A stretch of 64,000 nt of DNA from Thalia democratica (taxonomy: Eukaryota). Each line of letters starts with the position of its first letter. Positions within the stretch are counted from its first letter, which is position 1. The notes beneath the pieces are model-generated. The model was not told the DNA's origin and did no database searches. It saw only the letters and a program-made list of their open reading frames with translations. The stretch is from positions 2,542,001 through 2,606,000 of the forward strand of contig OZ241832.1 of NCBI GenBank assembly GCA_965202585.1, written 5' to 3'. The translations under genes were made by a program, and so were the position numbers. Below are positions 39,598-53,830 of this stretch, piece after piece.

Positions 39598-42548
39598 TCA
39601 AACTGGTGTGTATTGAAGAAGTCAGGTTTTATTGGTTTATTTAAAACGTTGATGAAGTATGAATCGAAAAATTATCAGTTGTTTTTCGGCAATTTAACCT
39701 TCGTAAACATTTAAAGATGTTTTTAAGTTTTTGTTGTAAGAATTTTTTTGAAGGCTATATATAGATGTTTATTTTTATTTTTGTTTTTGCTTTATATAGT
39801 TTAGGAATCTTTAATGAAAAAATTGAGTTTTTCTTAATTAAATTAAAAATTGCGTTACAGTTTGAATACTGATACTTGTTAAAGTTTTTCGAATTTTAAG
39901 TATTTTAGTCTAAATAAATGCAGAAAAGCTATTAGATATTAATTAAAATAACTTATCAATACTTGTTAGATTAACTATAAATCAGAGGTACTTTGAAAGA
40001 CTAGAAATTTTTTAAGCCTCAACTTTTTACTTTTACGGTCTACAAATAGTTGCGTTCGTATTCACCCAGGGTTAGAAGTAAAATAGTTACAGAATATATT
40101 TTTTAAGCTATCTAGTTAACAGCTTAAGTTTTATAGTAGCAGTTATTTAGACGGTAAAAGGTTATCAAGCTTTGATTCATCTAAAAAATATATATTTTAT
40201 TTACCAGTTTTAAACAACTAACTGTTTTACGATTTACCAAAACTTAATATAATATATTCTAGTCAACATAGTTTACAACTATTAGCATATTACTTAAAAC
40301 ACCAAACAACTAACAGTTTAAAACAATTTTAAAGTGAAGTTTATTAGTCATACACCCCACGCGCTAACTACAGACTTATTTAAAATTAAAGTTAATTACA
40401 GACTAAAGTACAACTTTGTATTTCATTCACAACTTTGTGAGTTTTGTTGTGTACTTGTTAGAAATTTGTTATTACTTATTTCACTTTATCAGTGTTATTT
40501 TATTTTTAATTAAGTAAATGTTTTCATCAGAGCTAGAGACTAATAGAATATTTGTTTGTAAAATTTGTGTTAATTTAACACTACGTTCAAAAATACTAAA
40601 AAGTGTTATAAAATGTTTAATGAGAATCAATAATTACCTCGCAAATTGAAAAAGTAACTCTAGAAAAATATTATTTTAACTTCAAACGAAACCAGTATTA
40701 GCGTGAAAACTAATAAAACAGACGAGTAATAAAATATTAAATAACTCTTAAAAATGGAAACAAAAAATTTGTCGGTATTTAAGCGGCGGTCGCTTCTTAG
40801 CGAACACCGCAGTTTTGCGAATCCTTCGATTATCGAACTTTTGTGCAGTTTTTCGAAAACTTTTCACTTTGAAACTTTAAATTTTTAAGTTTTGCAGCTA
40901 TTTTAAATATTACTAAAAATAAAAATGTACTTTGTTACGTTTAATTAAATGTTTTTTTTACAAGTTTTAAACCCCATGTTTAACTTAAGGTACGTTAAAT
41001 TAAAAAAAAAAGTTATTGTTAGTTTACTAAAAATAAACACCATCCTTTTTTATGTTTTTTGAAATAATTCTAAGCATGTTAAATTTTTAACAGAAAAATT
41101 CAGTTTAGATTTAGCTGAACTAAAAATAAACAATTAGTTTTGTTTTTATACCGGACGAAAAAGAGTGAGCTAAAAATTTTAAATATTTTAACTTACGGAA
41201 AATAATGACATCTTAAAGTCGTTAGGAGTAGAAATTAAATATTATTATGAAAACTACTCAATCATAAACTCCTCATAAATGTTTTAACAAGTTCAAGTCT
41301 TTCAACAAACTAAATGGGAGTATTTAATATTTTACCTGTTGATAAGCTATGCAAATTCAAATTGTGGCGAAAAATATTGTTTTAAACCTCCGTTTATTTG
41401 TAGATTTTTTTGCGTTTATATGAACTAAAATTTTGTAAAATTACATGCGGGTTTCATATGTTAGGTCTTTTATCACTATTATTCTTTTTATAAAAGTGAG
41501 AAGTTGTTTTTCTATAACTAATTCCCTTAAGTATTATTTAAATATTAAATATTTAAATATTAAAAATAAACTAAAAGCCGTACGGGAATATAAGAATGTT
41601 AAAGAATACACGAAAACTTTGTACAACTAATTACTACTGCACGTTTTATTTTTTTATCATTTGTCTAATTATTTGTATGTGTTATGTACAGCTTGCATAG
41701 CGAAATTGAAGAAAATATGGTTAATTTATTTTTATGTTTTTTTTTTTAATTTATCGCGTTTACTTAGTTTACTTTATTTATTTTATTATTTTTTGTATGA
41801 TGTATATGTTTTGGCCTTGGCTCACGACCATTTTATTAAAAAAACCGTTGAAAAAATCCCCCATAAAATCCATTTTACATTTCTTCAAAGCTTAGTATAA
41901 AAATATACTGCTCTAATTTTGTACATACTAATTTTATTTTGTTTTTCTTCATTTTTATAGAGATACAATAGATATTATAGATGTACAATTAACCACTTTT
42001 ATAGTAACTTAAGTTAAAAGAATACTAATATTAGTACTTACATGTGTTTAATTTAACTTTTATCAACGAAATACTAATGGTTAGTTATATTTTAATTTTA
42101 TTTCTATGTTTATTTTAGTTCATCGCTCTGTATTTTGTTTTATTTTTTGTGTCTGATGAACTGATCTGCAGGTAAACGGCTCAATGCAATAAAATTTAAA
42201 CAATAAGTTAGTGTAAGTTATTTGTTAATAAAAGCAGCTAATTAAGTGAGAGTGATCAGAAAAAAAAAACATAAAAAGTAATTGGATGTTAAAAAAAAAA
42301 TTTTCAACTTAATAAAATGTATTTTATACTAACTTTATTCCCTAGAGTGGCATTTATAAACCAATAAAAAAACTTATATGAAAACAATAATATAATTTAC
42401 AGTTAAATTCAAAAATTATGCTTTGTGCATTTGTATGTGTCAAAATTAAACCCAATGTTCAAACCCCAATGTTTTTTCAGCAATTTAGTATTTTTCTAAT
42501 TATTTCAAACACCGCACAACCATTCTGGCTTCTTCTATTCATTCGAGC

Positions 42549-42756
42549 ATGACGGGAAGTCACATCGGAGGGGGATACCCCCCGCAGCAGAGTGACGTCA
42601 CGAGTCAGCAGGTCGGGGCGATCGGGAGGCAGCAGACGCTGGAGAGGTTGGCCGAGAGTCACGGGGACCTCGCCAAAACCGACTCCCCAAACTTCCTGTG
42701 CACCCCATTACCCCAACATTGGAGGGTGAACAAAAGCTTGCAGACCCCTTTTAAAG
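42549..42756 (+). CDS. RUNX: RUNX coding exon A: N-terminus and start of Runt domain
   Basis: MTGSH...[32 protein letters not shown] matches Runt N-terminus ([29 protein letters not shown] in RUNX1); donor AAAG|GT at 42756/42757. The start ATG is not proven. Confidence 0.95.
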
Positions 42757-44624
42757 GTTTTTTAATTATTATATTTACATGTTATTTTATCTAACTAGTA
42801 CTATTAAGTATTTTTTCCAAATTTATTGTTTATGACAAACTATAAGCACAAGTGTTTGTGTTTAAAGTTTTTTATTTATAACTGTTTCAAAGCTTACAAG
42901 TTATCTACCAAAAAATTAAGGTGAGTTTGCATAGTAATTTTTTTTTAGTAGAAATAGTTTTAGGTTTAAAAGAATAATTTGACTTGTTTTTAAATTCTAA
43001 AAATAAACTTACGCCTTCTAAATTTCAAGCCATAAAGATAGACTGTTTCTCTTTAAAAATTTTTTTAGATTTTTTTTTTTTTAATTTACACGCAGAGAAA
43101 AAAATTGTAAAATATATAACTAAATTCATTTGACTACCCTAACTTGTAAATTTTTACACATTAGTTGAAAAATAGTTTTAAACCCCCTAAGATTTAATCT
43201 ATTTCAATTTTAATTTAAGCTTGTTAAAGTTTTTTCTGTAAAAACCTAAGTAGCTAAGTGCAATTTTTATTATCAATTTTTAGATTAATTTGTACAAATC
43301 AGCTTGATAATTACATTTACTTATAAATAAACTTAACTACTATAGTTTCTATTTTCAATTTGTTTAAATTATCAAACAAGTCATCAAGTGTTAGGCGAAT
43401 CGGATTAGGCAGCTAAACTAAACCTGAAAACAAATTAGCTTGAAAAGTACTTGTTAATTAGTTAAAGGTGCTTCAAGTAGCTTAGCACGCTTCTATGCGA
43501 CTAGTATATTGTTGTTACTAGGAAAAATTGACAAAACTTTAGTTTTTATTTCAGTAAATTTCTCTTAAGATTGTTTCACGAACTTTGTTGTGGGATTTCC
43601 GAAACTGAATAAATCAAGCAATTCACTTTAAAATTGTTATTAATTTTTTGAGTCTATTTTTTCTGAACTCACGTACAACTTTTAGATTAAGTTTTCATGT
43701 TAAATACATTATATAATGTGTATATAAGTTTTATCTATAAGCTACTTTAGAACCTCTTTTTCCCACTAATTTAAATTTAGTTTACAAATAAGCACCAAGA
43801 CCACTTACTATAGACTTTTATAATTAGTTTAGCTCATAGTTCTTTGTAAAAGATCAACTTGAAGGTAAAGCACAAACAAACACTACCCTGTCTGTGATTA
43901 ATAAAGAAGCTTTAATTTAGTACGTTATAAAACTAAATTATATATAAAACAAGTTTCCAATAACTCTGAGTTTAGTATAATTACAAACCAAAACTTAACT
44001 TTAACATAAAATTATACTTGAACAACACTAAAGATTGTTTTTGGTAAGTAGTAAATTAACTTTTTGACAATATAATAACATTGCCTTTCATTAAATTTTG
44101 CCTTATTTAATTTTGCTTTAACTTTTTATGTATATTGACATAAAAATGTCAATATACATAAATACTAAATACATTTAAAATAAAATTCTTTTTGATTTTT
44201 AAACGTAAAAGTTTCCTGTAAGCTAAGTCCCAAAAAACGAACTAATTGAATTAAAAATTGAAAATACTTTTAAATTTAAATGTTTGTTATGTTATTATAT
44301 TGTCAAAAAGTTAATTTACTACTTACCAAAAACAATCTTTAGTGTTGTTTTAGTATAATTTTATGTTCGGATAATATATTTGAAGCATTTTTGGCAAAAA
44401 AAAAAATCTTGAGAAAATGGAAAACAAATCTTTTGGGAATTTTAAAAGCTGGGAAGAGTATTTATCAGCAGAAGGCCAAAGAGATTATTAAACTGACATT
44501 TTATAAACATATTTCTTTTGTTAATTCTTCCCAAATTCGCACACATATTTTGTCTGGAATGTAAAATAGACAGAAGGCTTTAGTCATGGCATTTTTTTTC
44601 AATTTTTTTTTAGTACATCTAAGC

Positions 44625-44845
44625 GGAACTTTTTCTTAACATATTTAATATAAGTTATCCACAAGACTAATTTTTAGAATAATTTGAAACACTTTTTTAT
44701 CGCTTTTATGTTAAAAAACCTAAAAATATAAATGGAACTTTTTCTTAACATATTTAATATAAGTTATCCACAAGACTAATTTTTAGAGTTTTTGCAACAT
44801 TTTATATCGTTTTTATGTTAAAAATCTAAAAATATAAACGGAACT
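44625..44845. repeat. ~107-bp tandem duplication (2 copies plus a short partial) in RUNX intron
   Basis: GGAACTTTTTCTTAACATATTTAATATAAGTTATCCACAAGACTAATTTTTAGA at 44625 and 44734. Confidence 0.9.
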
Positions 44846-45755
44846 ATTTTATATTGATTTTTCTCCTTTTAAGTATTATAGAAGTGAATTTATTACGTAA
44901 AAATGTGAAACCATAAATCTAAAACCTTTTTATTGTTTTTTTCTTTTACCATCAAAGGCGATGCTTTTTGACAGTGAATGAGGTCTTTTCTAATCCATAA
45001 AATTAAAAGCTTTCATGGGCATATTTACTCTATAAAGTGGTGAAAAATGAACGCAAATTCCAATAACTTCTAACACATATAGTTTTTAAACTTTTACATA
45101 CAAGAATAGTTTGCAAATCGTTATTTAGTTTTATAGTCTTTTAAAACTTAAATAAATATTTTTGGGTGCTAAAAGATTAAAAGCTTTGCGGGTGCACTTT
45201 TTTTCAATTCAAAGTGTCTTGTAATATAATTTTGTATACTTTTTTCCAGTATATAGATTGAAAATGGTTAAAAAATATAGACAAAGCTATGTCAGAAACA
45301 GTGTTTTTGTTTCAGTCATGAACTATTTATCTCATTGCCAACGTTATTAGAGTTTTACTTTTAAAAGCTATAACTCTTTTATTTCTGTATCCCTGACAAA
45401 ATTCACACTTCACAAGTAAAATTAATTTTAATACATTTATAAGGTAAGAGACTTCTAACTTATTTTTGAGTTTTTCAACTAATTTTCAATTGTGACCTCA
45501 TTAAATATTTTAAAAATTTTATTAAGTATTTTACGTATTAGATTTTTTATATTTTTTACAGCGATGAAATTATTAAATTCGTATTTAACATTCGTGGAAG
45601 TATTTTATAATATTTTTTATAGTAGTAAAATTAATTATTTATTTTTGCAATATTTGTAACACTATCAATAGTAACTACCAAAATAATAACATCAAACAAT
45701 TTTTATTCACAGTTTTAGAATTAACAAAAAACTTTATGATTTCCAACAGTGGTAG

Positions 45756-46076
<321 letters not shown>

Positions 46077-49000
46077 ACTTTTGTGGTAGGGGTCGTTACA
46101 GTTACTTGTTTTTTCAGAGGCTTCTATGGTTACTATGTTTGTGAGAAAATACTAACTGTGAGCGGTTGCTATTGTTACAGTTTATAAGGAGTTATCATTC
46201 TTATTATTTAGTTTTGGGTGGCTCTAGTTACAAGCTATGAAGTGTTGCCATGGTTAGTAACTATTAGAGAGGTTAACATTTAATCACTAGTTTTGTAGGG
46301 TTAAGACGGTCACAAGTTAAGGGTAGCGAAATTGTTGTTAATGGTTTCTAAAACAGCTAAACATTTCATACTTATGGTTTGAGTGAATGTAGTTGCCACG
46401 CTCACTATGGTTTTAATATTGGCTGTAAAACGATCGTAGCTTTTACTTGTGGTAGAGCAACTGTAGTAAATAAACTATAAAACTGAATACAAAAGTAGGT
46501 TCTTATAGTATTGTCAAATAGGGTTAATCAAAATCCAATCACTTTTTCTTTTGGTTTTTGTGTCACTAATATCGAAACCACAATTTAGAATTAAGAGTTT
46601 TGATAGGTTTTGTGTGTTACCAAAGTTACCGAATTAGGTAATTTAAAGGCCAACTATATTTTTTTTTGTCACAACGGTTTAACATGGGTTACAATTTTGA
46701 ATTTATGGTTAATAACTTGGGTAACCGTGTTGTAACACACTATTTTACTACGAAGTTTGGTTTAGGTTTTTTGTCACCATGCCACATTTGGTTAAGGACG
46801 TTTTTATCGTGCCACTGTGGTATACATGTTGGTTTCAATTAGAGAAAAGGAACACCATTATTACACGTAGGTTGCTTTGTGGGATTAACTAAAAGTAGCA
46901 ATGTTGTTGAAATGTATCAACTCTCATTATAGTTAATTTCAATTAGACTTGAACATTGAAATGGTTGTCAGAAATGTTTACTTTGCTTTTTTTCACCAGT
47001 AAAAGACCTGTAACATCCTATAAAATTATTCTAACCTTAAAAATTAAACAGAAACTACTTATGCTTAGAATAAAAACACTTTTGTTAGTTTTTAGTATTT
47101 TCCTAGTTTTATTTTTTATAAAATTCTTAAAATGGTAAAACTAAAACAACAACTTTTTTTTTTAACTTTTAGTACATTGCTTATATTATAAGTTTGAAAT
47201 AGTATTCAAAGTTAAAGTTATTAATTCGACAACTTGTGGTCTTCAACTTTAGAAAACAGTATATATCTAATTTACGATATATTTTTAAGTTACTTTTATT
47301 TGTTACCTTTATGCTTTTTTATAATTCTTCTGTTTAGCATACTTTAAACTTATAAAAGAATAAAACAACCTTATGTTTTTTAAAAGACAATCAATAATCC
47401 TTTTCTCAGTTCAATGCACAATACAACAGTTTAAAACTGGCTTATACCTTATAAAGAATACAATGTGTTGTAACATTCTTATTTCAATGAATAACAAAGA
47501 AAGTGTTGTATGCTAAAGAAAATAGTTTTCCATCTTTAAAATTCTTAACTTTATACAAGGATTTCGTCAACAGTGTTAAGGATGAAATGTATGTTTAAGG
47601 TGAATACATGATACGCATTTTCTTAAAATATTTTACAAATCGATGCGTTTACAAAAAACTTTCTGTTCTTCAATGTTGCATACACATTGTATTTTACAAG
47701 AACAAAGAAATATTAAAATATTAGTCGATACCTAGCAGAAAAAACGAATAGTTTTAAAACTTATGTTTGTTGTAGCAACATAGTTTTTTTTTATGTTATT
47801 AAAACTCAATACATATTTAGTCATAGAAACTTTTAAACTTGTTTTTACGACTCATTAATATTTTTATTAGTGTTTGTACTTTGATAAAATTTAAAAAACA
47901 TATCAAACTACACTGTCAAGTTTACACATTAGGCTAGACTATGTGCCTCAAAAGTAAACAATAAAAAAACCTTGAAAGCAAATAAAGTGTTTGTTTTTTA
48001 AATTATTTGTCTTTCACCACAAAATTCTAACAGTCCTCCAAAATTTAGTCACTATTTGACAACTAAAGCGTTTTTTATTCGGAGAAATAAAAAAATTTGT
48101 TTAGTGAGGATTAATATGTGTAATTGTGGTCTTTTTAAAGGATTACACAGATAAGCAAGCCACATGAAAACTTTGAAATAATTAATTGAGTTTTAATTAG
48201 TTTGGTAAGTTCTCTTGGTTGAATACGTAAATAGTATGGATTATAAGTACTATTCGATTATTTATCGTTAAGTTTGATTTACTAAGTACTGAGCTAAGCA
48301 ATTTTCAGCTACTTTTTTGATTAATAGATGAATAAAAAATTTTAAGTATGATTTATTTTTAATGAAAAAGACGATGTCAATCATAGTATTGATTCTTCAT
48401 GGTTTAAATAGTTTGAAATCAAAGTTGTTTATTTAGATATTTTACAATGCTCAATTGTCAATGTTCAGTATTCTAATTTAATTTAATTATTGACATAGGA
48501 ACAATGGGTTCTAGTTTCCTAAATTGTGGGATCTTACTTACAGTAATTGTGGATGTGTGTTTCTTGATTGTACTTAGAAAGTTACACCTAAAGTACAAAC
48601 AAACTTTGACCATAAACCGAATTTTAATATTCTAAAGTTTGGGGATCACTTTTACTTACATTTGTGTTGTGTTTTTTCACAGTGGCACATAAGTACACAA
48701 TTCACATACATATACACTTTAATAAAAAGAGAAGTGTTATTACTTACTTTAATGGAGTAACATAATTCTATTTATTAAGTTCTTAAAAAGATAGTACTGT
48801 TCACTTAACTTTAAACCAAAAACAGTCATGTACTTTGGGATATGTACTTTACTAATCATACTAAACTTTCACTAAAATCTATAACTAAAACATTTGTTTA
48901 TCTTAAAACTTTAATTTGCGTTGACTTATTTTAGTTATGTAAGAATACATAAAGTTTTTAAAAGATGATTTACTTGATAAAACATACCTTAATTATTTTT

Positions 49001-49510
49001 CAACATTTACAAAATATGTTTTACAGTGTGTAATTAATTTTTTTAATGATATATTATAGCTGTAGTGAGGTCGATAAACTAGCTGTATAAACAAATTTTA
49101 AACTAAGTTATTTAATTTACATGTAATAAGTGCTTTCTTAGTTTTTTCAACCATTCCTACAATGTTACTAGTAACTGTGAAACGCTGATGGCATTTGAAT
49201 ATATGTAAATAAAAATATAACTTTGAAGACATCTTGTTTTATTAGGGTTCATTATATTTGATTTTGTTTTTCATCACTACCCAATCAAGTTTTCAATCTA
49301 TAGCAAATATTTTCTAACTGCATACGTGTATTTTTATTTACACTAAACCATCTAAATGTTATTTTAATAAATACCTAAATTACCTTTTTTATAATTCTAC
49401 ATATGTATACGTAAAAATATTTTTCAAACTTTTGTGTATACGTAAAAATATTTTTCAAACTTATGTGTAAAATATATACTCTATACTTATACTTTTTGTT
49501 CTAATAATAA

Positions 49511-49910
<400 letters not shown>

Positions 49911-51689
49911 TTAAACTATTATTGGTAATAACTTTTGTTTTAAGATTTTTATTTTTTTATTTGATCAACATTTAGTTTTAAATTTATTAGCTAAAAATTA
50001 TTTGTATAACAATAATTTTATGTTTAACTTATTTACTTAACTTTCAAACTACTTTCACAATTTCATTTTGCAAAATAACAATTTGAGTTTTGGAGTTTTA
50101 CAATGTTTAAAATATTAACCAGTATAAGTACGGAGAACAGAAAATGTTAAAGCTTAAAAAGCTAATGTTTAATAATTTTAAGTTAAAGGTTCCAATGTGT
50201 ATTAGATGATTTAAAAAAAAAAACTTTGATGTAAAAACATGCCATTTTTATTATTTACGTATGTACATGTATTTTAAGAAAACTCTTAAAACACTCCATA
50301 ATGTAGTTTTTAATCAGTGTTTATTGCAACCTCCCATTTACTTTTTAAATACTCAAAATTTTCTCACATATTTTCAATTATTTTAAGCTTATCTTGCTGT
50401 AAAGTTTTATCTTTATTCTTTTATGAAGGCTACTTAACTATTGGACGTTTTCTTAATGACTTTTCAATTTAAAATATTTACACATGTTAATTTTTGCAAT
50501 AAATTTACATATTTTGTCAAATTAGTTTAATTCAGTATATTTAAGACTGTATGATAGTAATTAACAAATTTTACATAAAAAACGTGAAACCAAAAACAGT
50601 TTAAATTTGAAGAACTTAATTTGCCAAAAAACTCATTTGCCTTTAGTGTGCAATCAATTATACGAAAGTTAAATGGCTTATAAAATTTAATCTCAACCAG
50701 TTTCAGATAAAAAACCGAAAACTCACATTAGTGGGTATATTCAAGCTACTGAGGTCTACATCTAATATATTTATGGTTTAATAATACATTTAATACAATG
50801 AATATTATATTCATTCTAAAAGTCACAAACAATTTAAATTTATGAAAGTTTTAATCATATCTGTATTTTTATTTTTGTAATTAAAACTTTTTAAATAATA
50901 CCAAATTAAACAGATCAGGCGTAAAACCCATTTAACTTACCGAAAACATTCAAAGCATGACTGGTTAAAAAATCAGTGGTAAACAAGTTAACTTATTTGA
51001 TATATTAACATCTCACACGAATTCCTAGTTGAAGTAAGTCTACCTTCGGGGCGAAACGACGAATAACTTGAATAGTTTCAAAATTGTGCAGTAATTTAAA
51101 ATTGCCTCCAATTTTTTTTCCTATTCTTTCCACGCCATCCAAATTGTAATTATCCACGTTTTATGGATTAAAACGAGCCGTCGAACTTTCTTTTATGTGT
51201 ATATACATATTTACATGTAAACTTGAAATTTCACGATATTTTTTTAATAGCAGTAAACTTTGTGATTTATTTTTATTTCAAAGTTTTATAACATGATTAA
51301 AAATTTGCTATGTATTTTTGCTTGTGTTGACAACATTGACTTTGTCAGATTTTTTTTTCGTTAAACTTTAAAATCAATGCAGTTCATTATTTTTATAAGT
51401 TTTATAAAATTATGAAAACTTTGGACTTTAAGATACTGAAATATTTTGTTAGATACAAAATTTATTAAGAAAACTTTATATAGTATTCTAAACTTGCTAC
51501 TTTTAGCAATAATTTGTAACTGTTTTATGTTGCTTTAATAAAACTATCTAGCTTTAGCTATATTTTTAAAGAATTTTGACATTAAGTTTTAATATTCTAA
51601 TGCTTGAATGTTTACTGATCAAAAGATGTGTTATAACAATTTTTAAATATAAAAATAGCAGTTATAACAACGTTTTAAAATTCATTCAG

Positions 51690-51782
51690 GAAACCGGCAC
51701 CCAAACCTGGACAGCAGGTCAAAAGGATTCCCATTCACAGACGGGTTCCCGATGATTGCCGGTAACCGGTACCAGACTGGAG
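51690..51782 (+). CDS. RUNX: Probable RUNX exon D (93 nt, phase 1-1), post-Runt region
   Basis: TTCATTCAG| ... G|GTAAAC; GC-rich; in frame gives (R)NRHPNLDSRSKGFPFTDGFPMIAGNRYQTG, continuing the basic PREPRR-x-R NLS-like tract. Confidence 0.8.
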
Positions 51783-52967
51783 GTAAACTTTTTATTTAAA
51801 CTTTTATTTTTGTCGAGTTTCAAACACCAAGTATTTGTAGATTGTCAAGTAAAAAATATGTTGAATACTTTTAAATTTATATTTTTCCTTTATGTAAGAT
51901 TCTGAATTTTATTTAATCTGTTTGTATAATGGTAAGTAGTTCTATTTTAAGTGAAACCATACTAGACAACTAACAAATTAAAAGTTTGGTTTAACTTTTT
52001 AATTTTCACATTAGTGCTTTTCAACCGTAAGGTAACTAAGTAAATGAATAGTTATAATAACTAGTTTAAGTTCATTGTAGTTAATTTTAATTTTTCACCT
52101 TAAAGCGTTTATATTAGTTGTTTTAACATTAATTGTCTTTGTAAGTTTTTAATTATTTAAAGTTATTTTAAGAATGGTATTTCAAAAAGACTACATCATA
52201 CTACTAGTTACTACATTTAAAAAAATATCATAACTTATTAGTTGTTAAAAATAATAAACATGAAACAAACATTATAACATCGTTAAAACCATAAAAATTT
52301 CAATAAACTACAACCTTCTCATTTCAAAGAGATTTCAAAGTTTTATTAGTGAAAGTATTTACCGAAGGCATATATGTCAATAAAGTTTAATTGCAGTTAT
52401 AAAAAAGAAAGAGTAATTAGTTCGTTCAAAGCGAATTTAAAAGCTCTTTAGAACGGAAAACGGTGCAAAAATAAAATTTATATTTAAATTCTCATCACTT
52501 TTGTTTGAATATAACAATTTTTCTAATTAAAAAAAAAATTAAAAATCTTAATTAATCTTTACATTTAAAGTTTTGAAATTTAATTATTTTCATTGTTATA
52601 CACTCAAACTGAGATAAAGACTTTAAAGCTTACACAAAACAACTATATGTAAATCTTAATCCGTTTTTGCGAACTAACAAATTTTATACACAAACAATAA
52701 CCTCTTTATTATACCCTGACATTTTTCAATCAAAAATGTATTAAAAGATAATTCGCATTCGACAACAAACAGATTACAAATTAGCGCCTGGAATAAATCC
52801 TTAAATCTTTATTTAATTTAAAATAAAAATACACTCTATCTTTGCACCCAAAACAATACGGTGTGTATTATAAGAACTTAATTATCACTTCGCCTTCACT
52901 GGAAGATAATCTGAGAATTTAATCACCATTATTTCATATTATTTTATATTATTTTGTATTATTTCAG

Positions 52968-52993
52968 GCATTCTGGCTTGCCCCGAAGGCTGA
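52968..52993 (+). CDS. Possible alternative terminal or poison exon of RUNX (adds GILACPEG then stop)
   Basis: Strong acceptor (TATTATTTTGTATTATTTCAG|) followed by a GC-rich patch, phase-1 compatible with exon D; TGA at 52991-52993. No homology support. Confidence 0.3.
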
Positions 52994-53559
52994 GCGCCTC
53001 ATAATCGAATTAAATGTTTCATCGTGAATGCTTCCATTGTTTTGAGAGTTTCACGATAAAAATCTAATATTATGTGTATTGAAATGCTTCAATTTAATCA
53101 AAATTTTTCGAACACGACTCAGCAAGGTAAACAGTACACAGGTTTCTGTGCAAAATGTGTTTATGTAAATATAAAATGACGGAAACTTCGTGTAGAGGGT
53201 ACAATGAAGTTGTTGTTGAGTTTGTGTCAGCGTTAATGTCTTTTTCATAAGTTTTCTGACCACAAAATTTACATTGAAGTAGCACAAGACATGTTTGTTT
53301 GGTTGAAGAAAAATTAAACGTAAATTACAATAAAAAACTAGCTACCAAAAGCAGACAAGTTACAACAAAAACGTTATTTGAGCAGCTTTTTAAACATCCA
53401 TTGACCACAAAAAAAAATCAATGAGTTAAGTTGTTTGAGTAAAACCAAAGTATTTTTTCAACAAAACATTTTAACCGAAACCAGAGTACTAACACAAAAC
53501 GTCTTACAATAATTGTGGCCACAAAAACTACGAAAATAGTGTCAAACAACCAAATCTCC

Positions 53560-53830
53560 AAAAAATTCACTTTTCTCCAGATTGCAAGTCTCCAACTTTG
53601 CGGCAAGTTTCCATACAGCTGCTGAAACGTGACTGGGGCGAAATTTACCAGAAATAAAACAAAAGCACAACGGCCGCTAAAGAGGCACTTTTGTGACGTC
53701 ACAAAAGCAAACTGCTACGTCACAAAGCACACACACACTCAGTACACATTCAGCGGTGGAGTGTAATTGACTTTAACGAGCTACTGACTTGCATGGTCGA
53801 AATACTGGTTTTGTTTCCGGCGAACATTCG
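53560..53830. promoter_or_regulatory. Intronic CpG-rich island with 20-bp palindromic CRE (candidate enhancer)
   Basis: CTTTTGTGACGTCACAAAAG perfect palindrome 53688-53707; TACGTCACAAAGCAC 53716-53730. Confidence 0.6.

Noticed and set aside
51025-51062. CC-TTCG-GG hairpin followed by CGAAAC as a hammerhead ribozyme
   Set aside because: No CUGANGA/UUGANAA core at the required position and only a 2-3-bp stem.
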